DNA of 64,000 nt from an uncultured Deinococcaceae bacterium (GTDB lineage Bacteria; Deinococcota; Deinococci; Deinococcales; Deinococcaceae): contig CAXULY010000009.1 in the NCBI GenBank assembly GCA_964252075.1, positions 1-64,000 of the forward strand, written 5' to 3'. Below the pieces are notes generated by a model. The model worked only from the letters and a program-made list of their open reading frames with translations. It made no database searches and had not been told where the DNA came from. The translations under genes and the position numbers were made by a program. This document shows, one piece after another, positions 52,734-64,000 of this stretch. Within the stretch, counting starts at the first letter, position 1; each line of letters starts with the position of its first letter.

Positions 52734-54119
52734 TCAGGTGCCCGGCACCACAATGGGCCTGGGACGCAGCACCGTCGTGCTGCTGTTCACCTGCGGGAGA
52801 GAGGCACTGCCGACCGGCAGCGTGAAGGCGTCCGCCGCCGCGTAATTCACGCTGTACCCCAGGTCCTCTAGGGTCCCCACCGTGATGACGCTGAGGGGCG
52901 TAGCGCCCTTCCCAGCGAAGCCCGTCATGAGCTCTGTCTTGAGGGCCGATTCACTCCAGTGCCCGCACTTCGTGCCCTCCCCGTATCCCGTCTCGACGGG
53001 CGCGCTGCCTGCGCCGCCCAACGCCTTGAACTGCGTGTTGGCGTGCGCGCCTTGGTACGTGATGCTGGTGGAGCCGACGCAGGTGCTGCCGTTGTAGGAG
53101 AGGAGGCTGTGGTCCTCCCAGAGCGTGCCGATGCCGAGCACGTGGCCCATCTCGTGCAGGATCACGCCTTTGAGCATCCCGCTCTGCTCCATGCTGGCCA
53201 TATCGGCGCTGTCGAACTGCATCTCCCCTGTGATGGGGAGAACGTCAGACTGCCGGACGCTGTACGGCCCCGCCGAACCCAGAATCTTCCCCACACCATC
53301 CATCGTGACCGAGCTGGCCTCGATCACGACCCCACTGGTGGTCACGTTGCCCCCGCTGGGCAGCGGTCCGGTCGCCACAGGCAGGGCCGCGGTGATCACC
53401 TGAGACCAGCGAGCGGCGGCGTCCTGAAAGACTTGCTTCTGGCTGGCTGTCAGGCTGTTGTCCGGGAAGCGCACGTCAAGGTGAAAGGTTGATGTTGGCG
53501 TCGGGGAAGGTGCTGGCGTTGGAGCGGGCGCAGGAGTTGGGTTGGGGGTGGGCGTCGGTGCGGGGGCCGGTGCTGGTGTCGGGACAGGTGTGGGGACTGG
53601 GGCTGGTGTGGGGGTCGGTGTGGGCTTGGGAGATGGCGCAGGCGTGGGCGCAGGAACGGGCACTGGCGTGGGCGTCGGGGTGGGCGCTGGTGTCGGAACG
53701 GGAGAAGGCATCGGAACGGGCGTTGGTGCGGGGTTTGATCTGGAGGCGCGGACGGTCACCGTCAGGTTCAGCGTGCTGGAGGCGACCGCCTGCTGCTGCA
53801 CGCGCGTCCCTAGGGCCGCATGCACGACCGTCTGGCCCACACCGACCGCCGTGATGTGCGCCACGCCATCCTTCGTGACCTGTACGGTGACGACTTTCGG
53901 GTTGTCGCTGCTCCAGGTGGCGCCCGACAGGCCGCTCACGCTGGCTTCTGAGTCAGCGTCCATTTCCAGCTTCAGGGTGGGCTTGTCAAAGGACCCGGCA
54001 CCCGTCACGGAGATGGCGGAGGTGGGGTCGAAGGCAGTGACACTGGGGGCGGGCGCACCGCAGCCCACCAGGGCCGCCGTGATCAGGAGCAGGAGGGGCA
54101 AGCTTTGTGGTCGCGTCAT
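52734..54119 (-). CDS. Lipoprotein: Ig-like domain, Pro/Thr linker, leishmanolysin-like (M8) Zn protease
   Basis: LVGC lipobox; [13 protein letters not shown] repeats; [20 protein letters not shown]. Confidence 0.85.
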   Translation of the reverse strand: MTRPQSLPLLLLITAALVGCGAPAPSVTAFDPTSAISVTGAGSFDKPTLKLEMDADSEASVSGLSGATWSSDNPKVVTVQVTKDGVAHITAVGVGQTVVHAALGTRVQQQAVASSTLNLTVTVRASRSNPAPTPVPMPSPVPTPAPTPTPTPVPVPAPTPAPSPKPTPTPTPAPVPTPVPTPAPAPAPTPTPNPTPAPAPTPAPSPTPTSTFHLDVRFPDNSLTASQKQVFQDAAARWSQVITAALPVATGPLPSGGNVTTSGVVIEASSVTMDGVGKILGSAGPYSVRQSDVLPITGEMQFDSADMASMEQSGMLKGVILHEMGHVLGIGTLWEDHSLLSYNGSTCVGSTSITYQGAHANTQFKALGGAGSAPVETGYGEGTKCGHWSESALKTELMTGFAGKGATPLSVITVGTLEDLGYSVNYAAADAFTLPVGSASLPQVNSSTTVLRPRPIVVPGT

Positions 54120-54234
54120 GGGTTGGCCTCGGGCGTGCGTGAAGTTCAACCCGGCGGATAAAGCAGAGAGCGCACAACAGCCGGATGAGTGCATTAAGTC
54201 TAAGTAAAGCCCTACGCCCAAGGCGCCACATTTC

Positions 54235-54954
54235 TTACATCGCGGGCGACCGCCACGCGTCCAGCAGCGGGACATCTCGCTGGCCGCCCGCCCGTTCAGC
54301 AAGGTGTCCAGCCTCGCGAGCGGCGCGGTCGGGACCCATCCAGGGCGTCCAGTACGCGCGCATGGTGGCGACCACCAACGCCACGGGCACCGTCTGAGTC
54401 GGCTGCGACGGGCAGAACAGCAGGTCCATGTTCGTGACGGGGCCGCCGTTCTCGCCGCCGACCGGCTGTTCGTAGCGCAGGTCCACCGTGCGGAATCCCA
54501 GGGCCTGGAAGGTGCGGCGCCGCGCGAGCGGGTCGGAGCCCACGGCGGCTTCCGCCTCGCGCTCGTGCGCACTGAGGCGTTCGGGGCTCACCACATCAAT
54601 GAAGACGCCTGCAGCCTGCCCACCCGCCGCTTCGTTCAGCGCGGCCCAGCGCGCCTCGTGCAAGGCGCGCGCCACGCCGCGCCCACGTGCCGCGCGCGCG
54701 ACGCCCATGAAGCTGGAGAAGCCGCTCCCGGCGGCAGGCAGGTAGTGGAAGACCGTGCCGCCCAGCAGGTCGCCGCCCTCCTCGGCGACCAGCAGGAAGT
54801 TCACGCGGTCGCCCGGGTCGGCCAGCATCAGGGCGATGTACCGCGCGGGGATCAGCATGTCCGGCTCGAAGTACACCTGGGATTGCAACTGCCCGAACTG
54901 GGGAATCACGGGGTCCTTCGGGTCCGTGACGCGGCGGATGGTGGGGGTATTCAT
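54235..54954 (-). CDS. GNAT acetyltransferase
   Basis: [13 protein letters not shown]; leaderless TAGGCT box. Confidence 0.8.
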   Translation of the reverse strand: MNTPTIRRVTDPKDPVIPQFGQLQSQVYFEPDMLIPARYIALMLADPGDRVNFLLVAEEGGDLLGGTVFHYLPAAGSGFSSFMGVARAARGRGVARALHEARWAALNEAAGGQAAGVFIDVVSPERLSAHEREAEAAVGSDPLARRRTFQALGFRTVDLRYEQPVGGENGGPVTNMDLLFCPSQPTQTVPVALVVATMRAYWTPWMGPDRAAREAGHLAERAGGQRDVPLLDAWRSPAM

Positions 54955-55016
54955 GCCCGCCAGCCTACCCGCGCGGGGCAGACCCGCACCGTGAGCAGGC
55001 GCTATTCTGGACGGCA

Positions 55017-57362
<2,346 letters not shown>

Positions 57363-57638
57363 GAAGCACACGGAGGGCCGCCCCCGATAACGGGGGCGGC
57401 CCTGTTCCATCGCTGCGCTGAAGGGCCAGGTCACCCACTGCACCCGCGCGGCTGGCGGCGCCCCGCCGCACCAGGCCGGTTGGTGCGCCAAGTGGCGCAC
57501 CCGCGCTGCGCTGCACGGCGCATGCGGCGCCCCGCAGCGGCCCCTAAACTGAAGGTCAGAGAGGAGGTGCGTCCGTGCGAAACGCCCCGCGAAGTCCGTC
57601 CCCGACCCCCCGTGACCCTTCAAGGAGTGATCTTCTGT

Positions 57639-58457
57639 ATGGAGCACCTGCTGACCGACCGCGCGCGGCTTGAGCGGCCCTTCGCTCGCCTGGGGCTGCG
57701 CGTGAAGTTCGACGCCCCCACCCCCCATCCCTTCCGCGCCCCGCCTGACTTCAGCGTGGATGTGGGCCGCGACCGGCGCGGCGAGCACTTCCTGCTTCGC
57801 GTCAATCCCCGTGCGGATCTGGAGGTGCAGGCGCTGGACGTGCGCCCGGACCTCGACCAGCTGCTGCTGCTGGTGCGTCAGGAGGGCCGCAAGGACAAGT
57901 TCCTGTGCGGGTTGGATGAACGCCACCTGTTCACCGCCGCCGTGCCGGGTGCGGGCGTGCGGGACGTGCGCAGCGCGATGGACGCCCTGAAGCCCGCCCA
58001 CGTGCGGCACCTAGAGGCGCGCGCGGGTCTGCGCACGCGGGACCGTTTGCGGCGGCGCAACCTCACCTCCGTGCGGCAGGGCGAGTGGTTCTTCGTGCCC
58101 GTCTCGGCGCTGGTGGTGCCGCCCGAGCGCGTGCGCCGGAGCGAGCCGCTCACGCGCGGGCCGGGCAGCAAACCGCACGTGTGTGAGCAGGCCGCGCGGC
58201 TGGGCGGCGAGGTGGTGTGGCTGTGCCGCCGCCACCCCCGCCCGCTGCTGGCCCGTCAGCTGGAGGTCTTCCTGCGCGGGCGCCCCGAGGCGCGCAGCTG
58301 GGCGTGGGAGCAGCGCGTGCGCAACCCGGAGCTGTTCGTGCGGGGCGCGGTACGGCACCCGGACCACGCGACCCTTCACCTGCCCGTGTGGCACCGCGTC
58401 CTGATGAACACCGAGGGTGAGGCCTCCGGCGCCCACCACGTCACCTTCCTGGACTGA
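57639..58457 (+). CDS. Basic hypothetical protein
   Basis: AAGGAG RBS; FLCGLDERHLF, RQGEWFFVP, RHPDH. Confidence 0.75.
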   Translation: MEHLLTDRARLERPFARLGLRVKFDAPTPHPFRAPPDFSVDVGRDRRGEHFLLRVNPRADLEVQALDVRPDLDQLLLLVRQEGRKDKFLCGLDERHLFTAAVPGAGVRDVRSAMDALKPAHVRHLEARAGLRTRDRLRRRNLTSVRQGEWFFVPVSALVVPPERVRRSEPLTRGPGSKPHVCEQAARLGGEVVWLCRRHPRPLLARQLEVFLRGRPEARSWAWEQRVRNPELFVRGAVRHPDHATLHLPVWHRVLMNTEGEASGAHHVTFLD

Positions 58458-58498
58458 AGGTGGGATGACCAGCCCCCGGCGCGCGCCGGGGGCTGGTG

Positions 58499-60511
58499 TT
58501 ACGCCCGCAGCTGTCCGGCGCGCCGCACGAAGCCGCGCACCTCGGCGCGCTCCGGGCTGGGGCCGTAACGCAGGCGCTGGTACTCGTCCGTGAGCGCGCT
58601 CAGCTGCGCGGCGAGCGCGGGGTGCGCCTGCGCCGCGCGTTCGACCCAGGCGCTCGCGGACTCGCTCTCGCCGCGCGGGAGGTGCAGGCGCCGCGCGAGG
58701 CGCGCGAACGCCACGTGCACGGGGTCCGGTGGGGTCTGCCGGGCGCGGCGCAGGGCCAGCGTGAGCGGCAGGGCCGCCACCAGCAGCACCGCGATGAGGG
58801 CCAGCACGTACTTCAGGCCGCCCACCGCGCCCAGCCCGAGGCTGGTCAGGAGGGCGCGTTGCCGCGCGCCGTCGTACCCGATCACCCACTGGTTCCAGAG
58901 GTTCTGGAAGCGGTCAAGGCGCAGCGCGAGGCCGCCCAGCCAGTTGCCGCCCCGCAGCACGGCAGGCAGGCTGTCCGCCGGGAGGGCCGCGGCGAGGCCC
59001 TCCTGCACGCGGGCGGGCGACACGACGGCGGTGGGGTCCACGCGCACCCAGCCCTGATTGGCCAGCCACACTTCCGTCCAGGCGTGCGCGTCCGCCTCGC
59101 GCACGATCAGGTAACCGCCGTTCGGCTGCCCGCCCAGGTACCCCGTCACGAGGCGCGCGGGGACGCCCGCCGCGCGCATCAGGAAGGCAAAGGCGCCCGC
59201 GTAATGTTCGCAGAAGCCCGCGCGGGTGGAGAACAGCAGGTCATCCACGGCGTTCGGGCCGGGCAGCAGGGGCGGGTTCAGGGTGTAGCGGTAACTGCCG
59301 TTCCCGAGGAGGCGCAGTGCGGCCTGCACGCGCCCCATGGGCGGGAGCTTCGCCCAGCCCTGCGCGAGGGCGCGCGCCTGGGGGTTTACGCCGGGCGGCA
59401 GTTGAGTGTCGTACGCCAGCTGCCCGTCCAGCGGCGCGAGGCCGTAGCGCGCGTCCGGCGCGGAGCGCAGCGCGTAGCGGCTGCGGTTGGCGCCCACCGC
59501 CTCGGCGGTCAGCACGAGGTTCCCGTCGATGCGCGTCCCGCCCGGCTGGTTCGCGGGCAGGTCGAGCGGCGTCACCCAGCGCCCGCTGTCCGGTTCCAGC
59601 GTGAGGGTGTAATCGAACGCGCGGCCCTGCACGCGCACGTCACTGGGCGGCTCGGGGTTGCGGGGGCCGCGCGTCCAGCTGCGCCCGTCGAAGGCCTCCA
59701 GCACCGGGCCGCGCCAGTACAGCTGGTCCCGGCGTGGCGTGGCGCCCTGGAATTCAGCGCGCATGGCGACCGCGTCGCTCTGCGCGAGGTTCGAGACGCT
59801 GCCGGGCGTCACCTCGTCCGTGAGGCCCGTGGTGGTGGTGCCAGGACCCGTCGAGACGGGCATCTGCCACAGGGGACCGTCGGGCCTGGGGAACAGCACG
59901 AACAGCGCGGCGGTAAGGGGCAGCGCCTGCAGCAGCAGCACCCCCGCGCGCCGCAGGGTCGGCTGGCGCAGCAACGCCTCAAGGGGCGCGACCTGCTGGC
60001 GCCTGGGTTGCGCCCAGGCGACGAGCGCGCCCATCAGCAGGGCGGCGCTCAGGGCGGCGTGCAGGAAGGTCGCGGTGTCCTGCGTGAAGAAGAAGTTCGC
60101 GCTGAGCGTGAAGAGGCCCAGCAGCACCAGCAGCCGCCCATCGCGGCGCGCGTGCGTCTCCAGCGACTTCAGCGCGGTGAGGAGCAGCAGCAGCGGCGTG
60201 CCGCCGTCGCGGCCCAGCAGCGTGCCCGTCGCGACGCTGAGGCCCCAGCCGAACAGCGCCGCGAGCGTGAACAGCAGCAGCAGCGGCGGCTGCCGCCACC
60301 CGCGCAGCGCGATGAGGGCCCGCCAGCCCAGCAGAATCAGCACCGACACGCTGAACCACGCAGGTCCGCGCGCGAGGTACGGCACGGCGGTGACGGCGAG
60401 GGCCAGCAGCGTGAGCAGCAGCGGCGCGGCGGACGGCGAAGGCCGCTCGCGGCGCCGCCCACCCGAGGTCAGGGCGCCCAGCCGACCAGGCGTTCCGGCG
60501 GTGCGGGTCAC
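58499..60511 (-). CDS. TgpA-like membrane transglutaminase-family protein
   Basis: TM N-terminus; GFCEHYA, HAWTEV, VDPT catalytic motifs. Confidence 0.9.
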   Translation of the reverse strand: MTRTAGTPGRLGALTSGGRRRERPSPSAAPLLLTLLALAVTAVPYLARGPAWFSVSVLILLGWRALIALRGWRQPPLLLLFTLAALFGWGLSVATGTLLGRDGGTPLLLLLTALKSLETHARRDGRLLVLLGLFTLSANFFFTQDTATFLHAALSAALLMGALVAWAQPRRQQVAPLEALLRQPTLRRAGVLLLQALPLTAALFVLFPRPDGPLWQMPVSTGPGTTTTGLTDEVTPGSVSNLAQSDAVAMRAEFQGATPRRDQLYWRGPVLEAFDGRSWTRGPRNPEPPSDVRVQGRAFDYTLTLEPDSGRWVTPLDLPANQPGGTRIDGNLVLTAEAVGANRSRYALRSAPDARYGLAPLDGQLAYDTQLPPGVNPQARALAQGWAKLPPMGRVQAALRLLGNGSYRYTLNPPLLPGPNAVDDLLFSTRAGFCEHYAGAFAFLMRAAGVPARLVTGYLGGQPNGGYLIVREADAHAWTEVWLANQGWVRVDPTAVVSPARVQEGLAAALPADSLPAVLRGGNWLGGLALRLDRFQNLWNQWVIGYDGARQRALLTSLGLGAVGGLKYVLALIAVLLVAALPLTLALRRARQTPPDPVHVAFARLARRLHLPRGESESASAWVERAAQAHPALAAQLSALTDEYQRLRYGPSPERAEVRGFVRRAGQLRA

Positions 60512-61455
60512 GCGCGCTCCTGCGGCGCCCACTCGTATAGCGCGAGCGCGGTGAGCGCCCGGCGGGCCTGCGCGTCCCCGCTGCCGGGCGGCACCTGCAG
60601 GCCCGGCAGGTGCAGGCTGTACCGCCCGCCCGCGCGCGCGGCGGTCAGCACCCAGGCGGTGAGGCGCGAGAGGCGCGCTTCCGGGTCGTGCAGGGCGCGC
60701 GTCGCGCTCCAGTCCAGCTGCAGGGTGTGGGCGGCGGGTGCGTCCAGCAGGCGCGTGAACAGCTCGCCCGTGCGCGCCGCCTGCCGCCACGCCACGCGCC
60801 GCATGGAGTCCCCGGGGCGGTACTCGCGCAACCCCTGGAAGTCCTCGTCGCCGGACGCGCGCGCCGCGCCGTGCCCCTCGGCGGCCAGTCCGGCGGTGGG
60901 GAGGGCGGGCGCGCCCGCCTCCGGCTCGGGGTACACGAGCGTCTGCAGGTCCAGGCGCGCCTCGCGCGAGGCGCGCCACAACCCCAGCGGGTCGTTCGCC
61001 TCCAGCAGCAGCAGCGGGAGGCGCAGGTGCCCGCGCCGCGCGGCGGGCAGCGCGAGCGGGCCGCTCGCCTGCCCGCGCGCGGGCACGTCGAGGGTCACGC
61101 GCGCCTGCGCGCCGCGCCGCTCGGGCCGCACGCTCACCGCCGCGCGCGGCAGGCCGCTGGGGTTCATGAGGGTGACCGTGAAGGTCGCCTGCCCGCCCGC
61201 GAAGGCGCTCTCGGGCGCGCGCGCGCTGAGCGCCACGCCGTTCAGCGCGCGGCTGGCGTGCACGGCGCTCACCACCCACACGCTGAACATCAGGAAGGTG
61301 ATGGCGTACCCGAGGCTCAGCTGGTAATTGATGCACCCGATCAGGGTGAGCAGCGCGAAGCCCGCGAACGCCCCACCGAAGCGCGTGGGCAGCACGATGG
61401 GGCCGCGCCGCGGGCTGAGTGCGGCGGTCTGCGGGGCGGGCGCGGTCACGGTCAT
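60508..61455 (-). CDS. DUF58 protein
   Basis: LREYRPGDSMRRVAWRQAAR. Confidence 0.9.
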   Translation of the reverse strand: MTVTAPAPQTAALSPRRGPIVLPTRFGGAFAGFALLTLIGCINYQLSLGYAITFLMFSVWVVSAVHASRALNGVALSARAPESAFAGGQATFTVTLMNPSGLPRAAVSVRPERRGAQARVTLDVPARGQASGPLALPAARRGHLRLPLLLLEANDPLGLWRASREARLDLQTLVYPEPEAGAPALPTAGLAAEGHGAARASGDEDFQGLREYRPGDSMRRVAWRQAARTGELFTRLLDAPAAHTLQLDWSATRALHDPEARLSRLTAWVLTAARAGGRYSLHLPGLQVPPGSGDAQARRALTALALYEWAPQERA

Positions 61456-61460
61456 GCGCG

Positions 61461-62387
61461 TTAAGGGATGGGCGTGGCGCGCAGCAGGGCCGCCACCGCT
61501 TCCGGGTCGGGCTCGCCACTCGCGCGGCTGACAAGGCGGTGCGCCGCGAGGGGCGGGAACACCGCCTGCACGTCCTCCGGCAGCACGCTGGCGCGGCCCG
61601 CGAGCCACGCCCAGGCGCGCGCGGCGTTCATGAGGCCCAGCGCGGCGCGCGGACTGAGGCCCGCCTGGAAGCCGCGGTGCTCGCGGCTGGAGCGCAAGAT
61701 GGCCTGCAGGTAATCCACCAGGGCGGGCGACGCGTGAATGGCGGCCACCTCGCGCTGCGCGGCGAGCAGCGTGGCGGGCGTCAGCGCGGCGGGCAGATCG
61801 CGGGCGCGCTCGCGGCGGTCCCCGCCAAGCAGCAGTTCCCGCTCCGCGGCGGGGTCCGGGTAGCCGAGCGTGACGGTCAGCAGGAAGCGGTCCAGCTGCG
61901 ACTCCGGCAGGGGGAAGGTTCCCACCTGATCCGAGGGGTTCTGCGTGCCGATCACGAAGAACGGCTCGGGCAGCGGGCGCGTCTGCCCGTCGGCGCTCAC
62001 CTGGCGCTCCTCCATCGCTTCCAGCAGGGCGCTCTGCGTCTTGGGCGTCGCGCGGTTGATTTCGTCCGCGAGGAGCAGCTGCGCGAACACCGGGCCGGGG
62101 TGGAAGCGGAACTCGCCCGTCTCGCGCTCGAAGATGCTCACGCCCGTGAGGTCGGCGGGCAGCAGGTCGCTCGTGAACTGCACGCGCCCGAACTCCAGCC
62201 CCAGCACGCGCGCCAGGGAGAGCGCCAGCGTGGTCTTACCGACGCCCGGCAGGTCCTCGATCAGCAGGTGGCCGCGCGCCAGCAGGCACGTGAGGGCAAG
62301 GCGCACCTGGTGCGCCTTGCCGAGGATCACGCCGTCCAGGGCGGTCAGCGCCGCGCGTGCGAGGGGATGGGCGGAAGCGGTCGTCAC
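61461..62387 (-). CDS. MoxR-family AAA+ ATPase
   Basis: PGVGKT, DEINRATPKTQSALLEAM, LPESQLDRF. Confidence 0.93.
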   Translation of the reverse strand: MTTASAHPLARAALTALDGVILGKAHQVRLALTCLLARGHLLIEDLPGVGKTTLALSLARVLGLEFGRVQFTSDLLPADLTGVSIFERETGEFRFHPGPVFAQLLLADEINRATPKTQSALLEAMEERQVSADGQTRPLPEPFFVIGTQNPSDQVGTFPLPESQLDRFLLTVTLGYPDPAAERELLLGGDRRERARDLPAALTPATLLAAQREVAAIHASPALVDYLQAILRSSREHRGFQAGLSPRAALGLMNAARAWAWLAGRASVLPEDVQAVFPPLAAHRLVSRASGEPDPEAVAALLRATPIP

Positions 62388-62583
62388 GCCCCACAGCCTA
62401 AAGCCCAGGGACCGCCCCCTCTGCCGCGTTTGTTGCAGAGCGGCGGGGTCAAGGCAAGGTGCTGTGCAACAAACGCGTGGGGACCAGCGGATGCGGAGCC
62501 GTGCGGCTTTCCAAAGCCTTCATAGGTTGGGACCGGGCGCGGCTCCACTGCATGCTCGGTCCCGTGTGTCCGGCGCCCCGACG

Positions 62584-63210
<627 letters not shown>

Positions 63211-63401
63211 GTGGGCCTCCTGTGGGGGTGGGATCGGCCCGCATGCCGCCCCGCTCAGGTGGGCGGGGGCGTGCGGGTCGGTTGGGAGCAGCATACGGCC
63301 TTCATGTGGGGCGCGCACGGGTGTGGCGCGTCGGGGAGCTGACGGAGGCGGTCAGGCCCACTTCATGAAGCTCAAGCGGTCGCGTGTTAGCTTGCATGGC
63401 G

Positions 63402-63890
63402 ATGAAGATTCAGTCCATCCTGCCTCTCGCGGCCGTGGGCGCGCTCGCGCTCGTGGCCGTTGCTCCCCACGCCCAGACCGGTGCTCAGAAGGTCGGGTTC
63501 GTGGACGTGAACAAAGTCGTTCAGTCTGACCCCAGCTACCCGGCCATCGCGGACCTGCAGAAGAAGGGTCAGGCGGACCTGAAGACCATCACGGATCAGA
63601 TCACGGCGATTCAGCAGAAGGGCGCGAACGCGACCGCCGCGGACCGCCAGAACTACGACACCCTCACCAAGACCTACGATCAGAAGGCGAAGAGCTGGAA
63701 CGATCAGGTGCAGGCCAAGACGAAGCCCATCCTGGACAAGGTGGACAAGTCCGTCGGCGCGGTGGCGAAGGCGCAGGGCTTCTCCATCCTGATGGACAAG
63801 GCCGTCGCCGCGCAGAGCAACCTCGTGATCTACGCCGACACCGGGTCCACGGAATTGACGGATCAGGTCATTGCCCAGATGAAGAAGTAA
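63402..63890 (+). CDS. OmpH/Skp periplasmic chaperone
   Basis: Signal peptide; KVGFVDV; coiled coil; ELTDQVI. Confidence 0.88.
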   Translation: MKIQSILPLAAVGALALVAVAPHAQTGAQKVGFVDVNKVVQSDPSYPAIADLQKKGQADLKTITDQITAIQQKGANATAADRQNYDTLTKTYDQKAKSWNDQVQAKTKPILDKVDKSVGAVAKAQGFSILMDKAVAAQSNLVIYADTGSTELTDQVIAQMKK

Positions 63891-63977
63891 GGCGCGGCCC
63901 GACACGGGGCTGTGCACCCATGGCCCCCGCGCCTCGCGGGGGTCGTGCCATTCAGGAAGGCGCTTCCGGAGGACACC

Positions 63978-64000
63978 ATGAAGATCACCATTGACCTGGG
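63978..64000 (+). CDS. Start of the next gene (3'-partial)
   Basis: GGAGG RBS then ATG AAG ATC ACC ATT GAC CTG. Confidence 0.5.

Noticed and set aside
53495..53735. Tandem DNA repeat or VNTR
   Set aside because: It is the Pro/Thr/Ala linker of the M8 protease, with varied codons.

Overview
High-GC bacterial chromosome segment, very probably Deinococcus. Evidence: GlnRS with a C-terminal YqeY/GatB-like domain, a DrRRA-like regulator, many leaderless TAnnnT -10 boxes 6-8 nt before start codons, and an RDRM-like box. Positions 1-~12686 are the right-hand end of a prophage-like element. It contains an M15 endolysin-like peptidase, a beta-helix protein, holin/lipoprotein-like genes, a cargo region (orphan DrRRA-like response regulator, DUF2726, a RosmerTA-like toxin/HTH-Zn-peptidase pair, HicAB), a leftward early operon, and an XRE regulator with back-to-back promoters and operators. 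After these comes a ~400-bp non-coding array of 4-5 two-hairpin units. The element appears inserted in comM/yifB, which stops at the conserved AAMNPCP|CG motif. The rest (12.7-64 kb) is mostly core genome: degV, short kdpD, MFS, lepB, LysM/M23 and NlpC/P60 enzymes, dtd, UDG, folE2, acyl-CoA ligase with FadR-like boxes, PBP1A, a system I cytochrome c maturation cluster split by a two-gene insert, tandem GNATs behind an RDRM-like site, nagA/murQ, glnS, MoxR-DUF58-transglutaminase, CBS and Skp. The best novelty candidates are the hairpin array next to the attachment site and the comM-disrupting prophage with its stress-regulator and defence cargo. All family calls are by eye from motifs; no database search was run.
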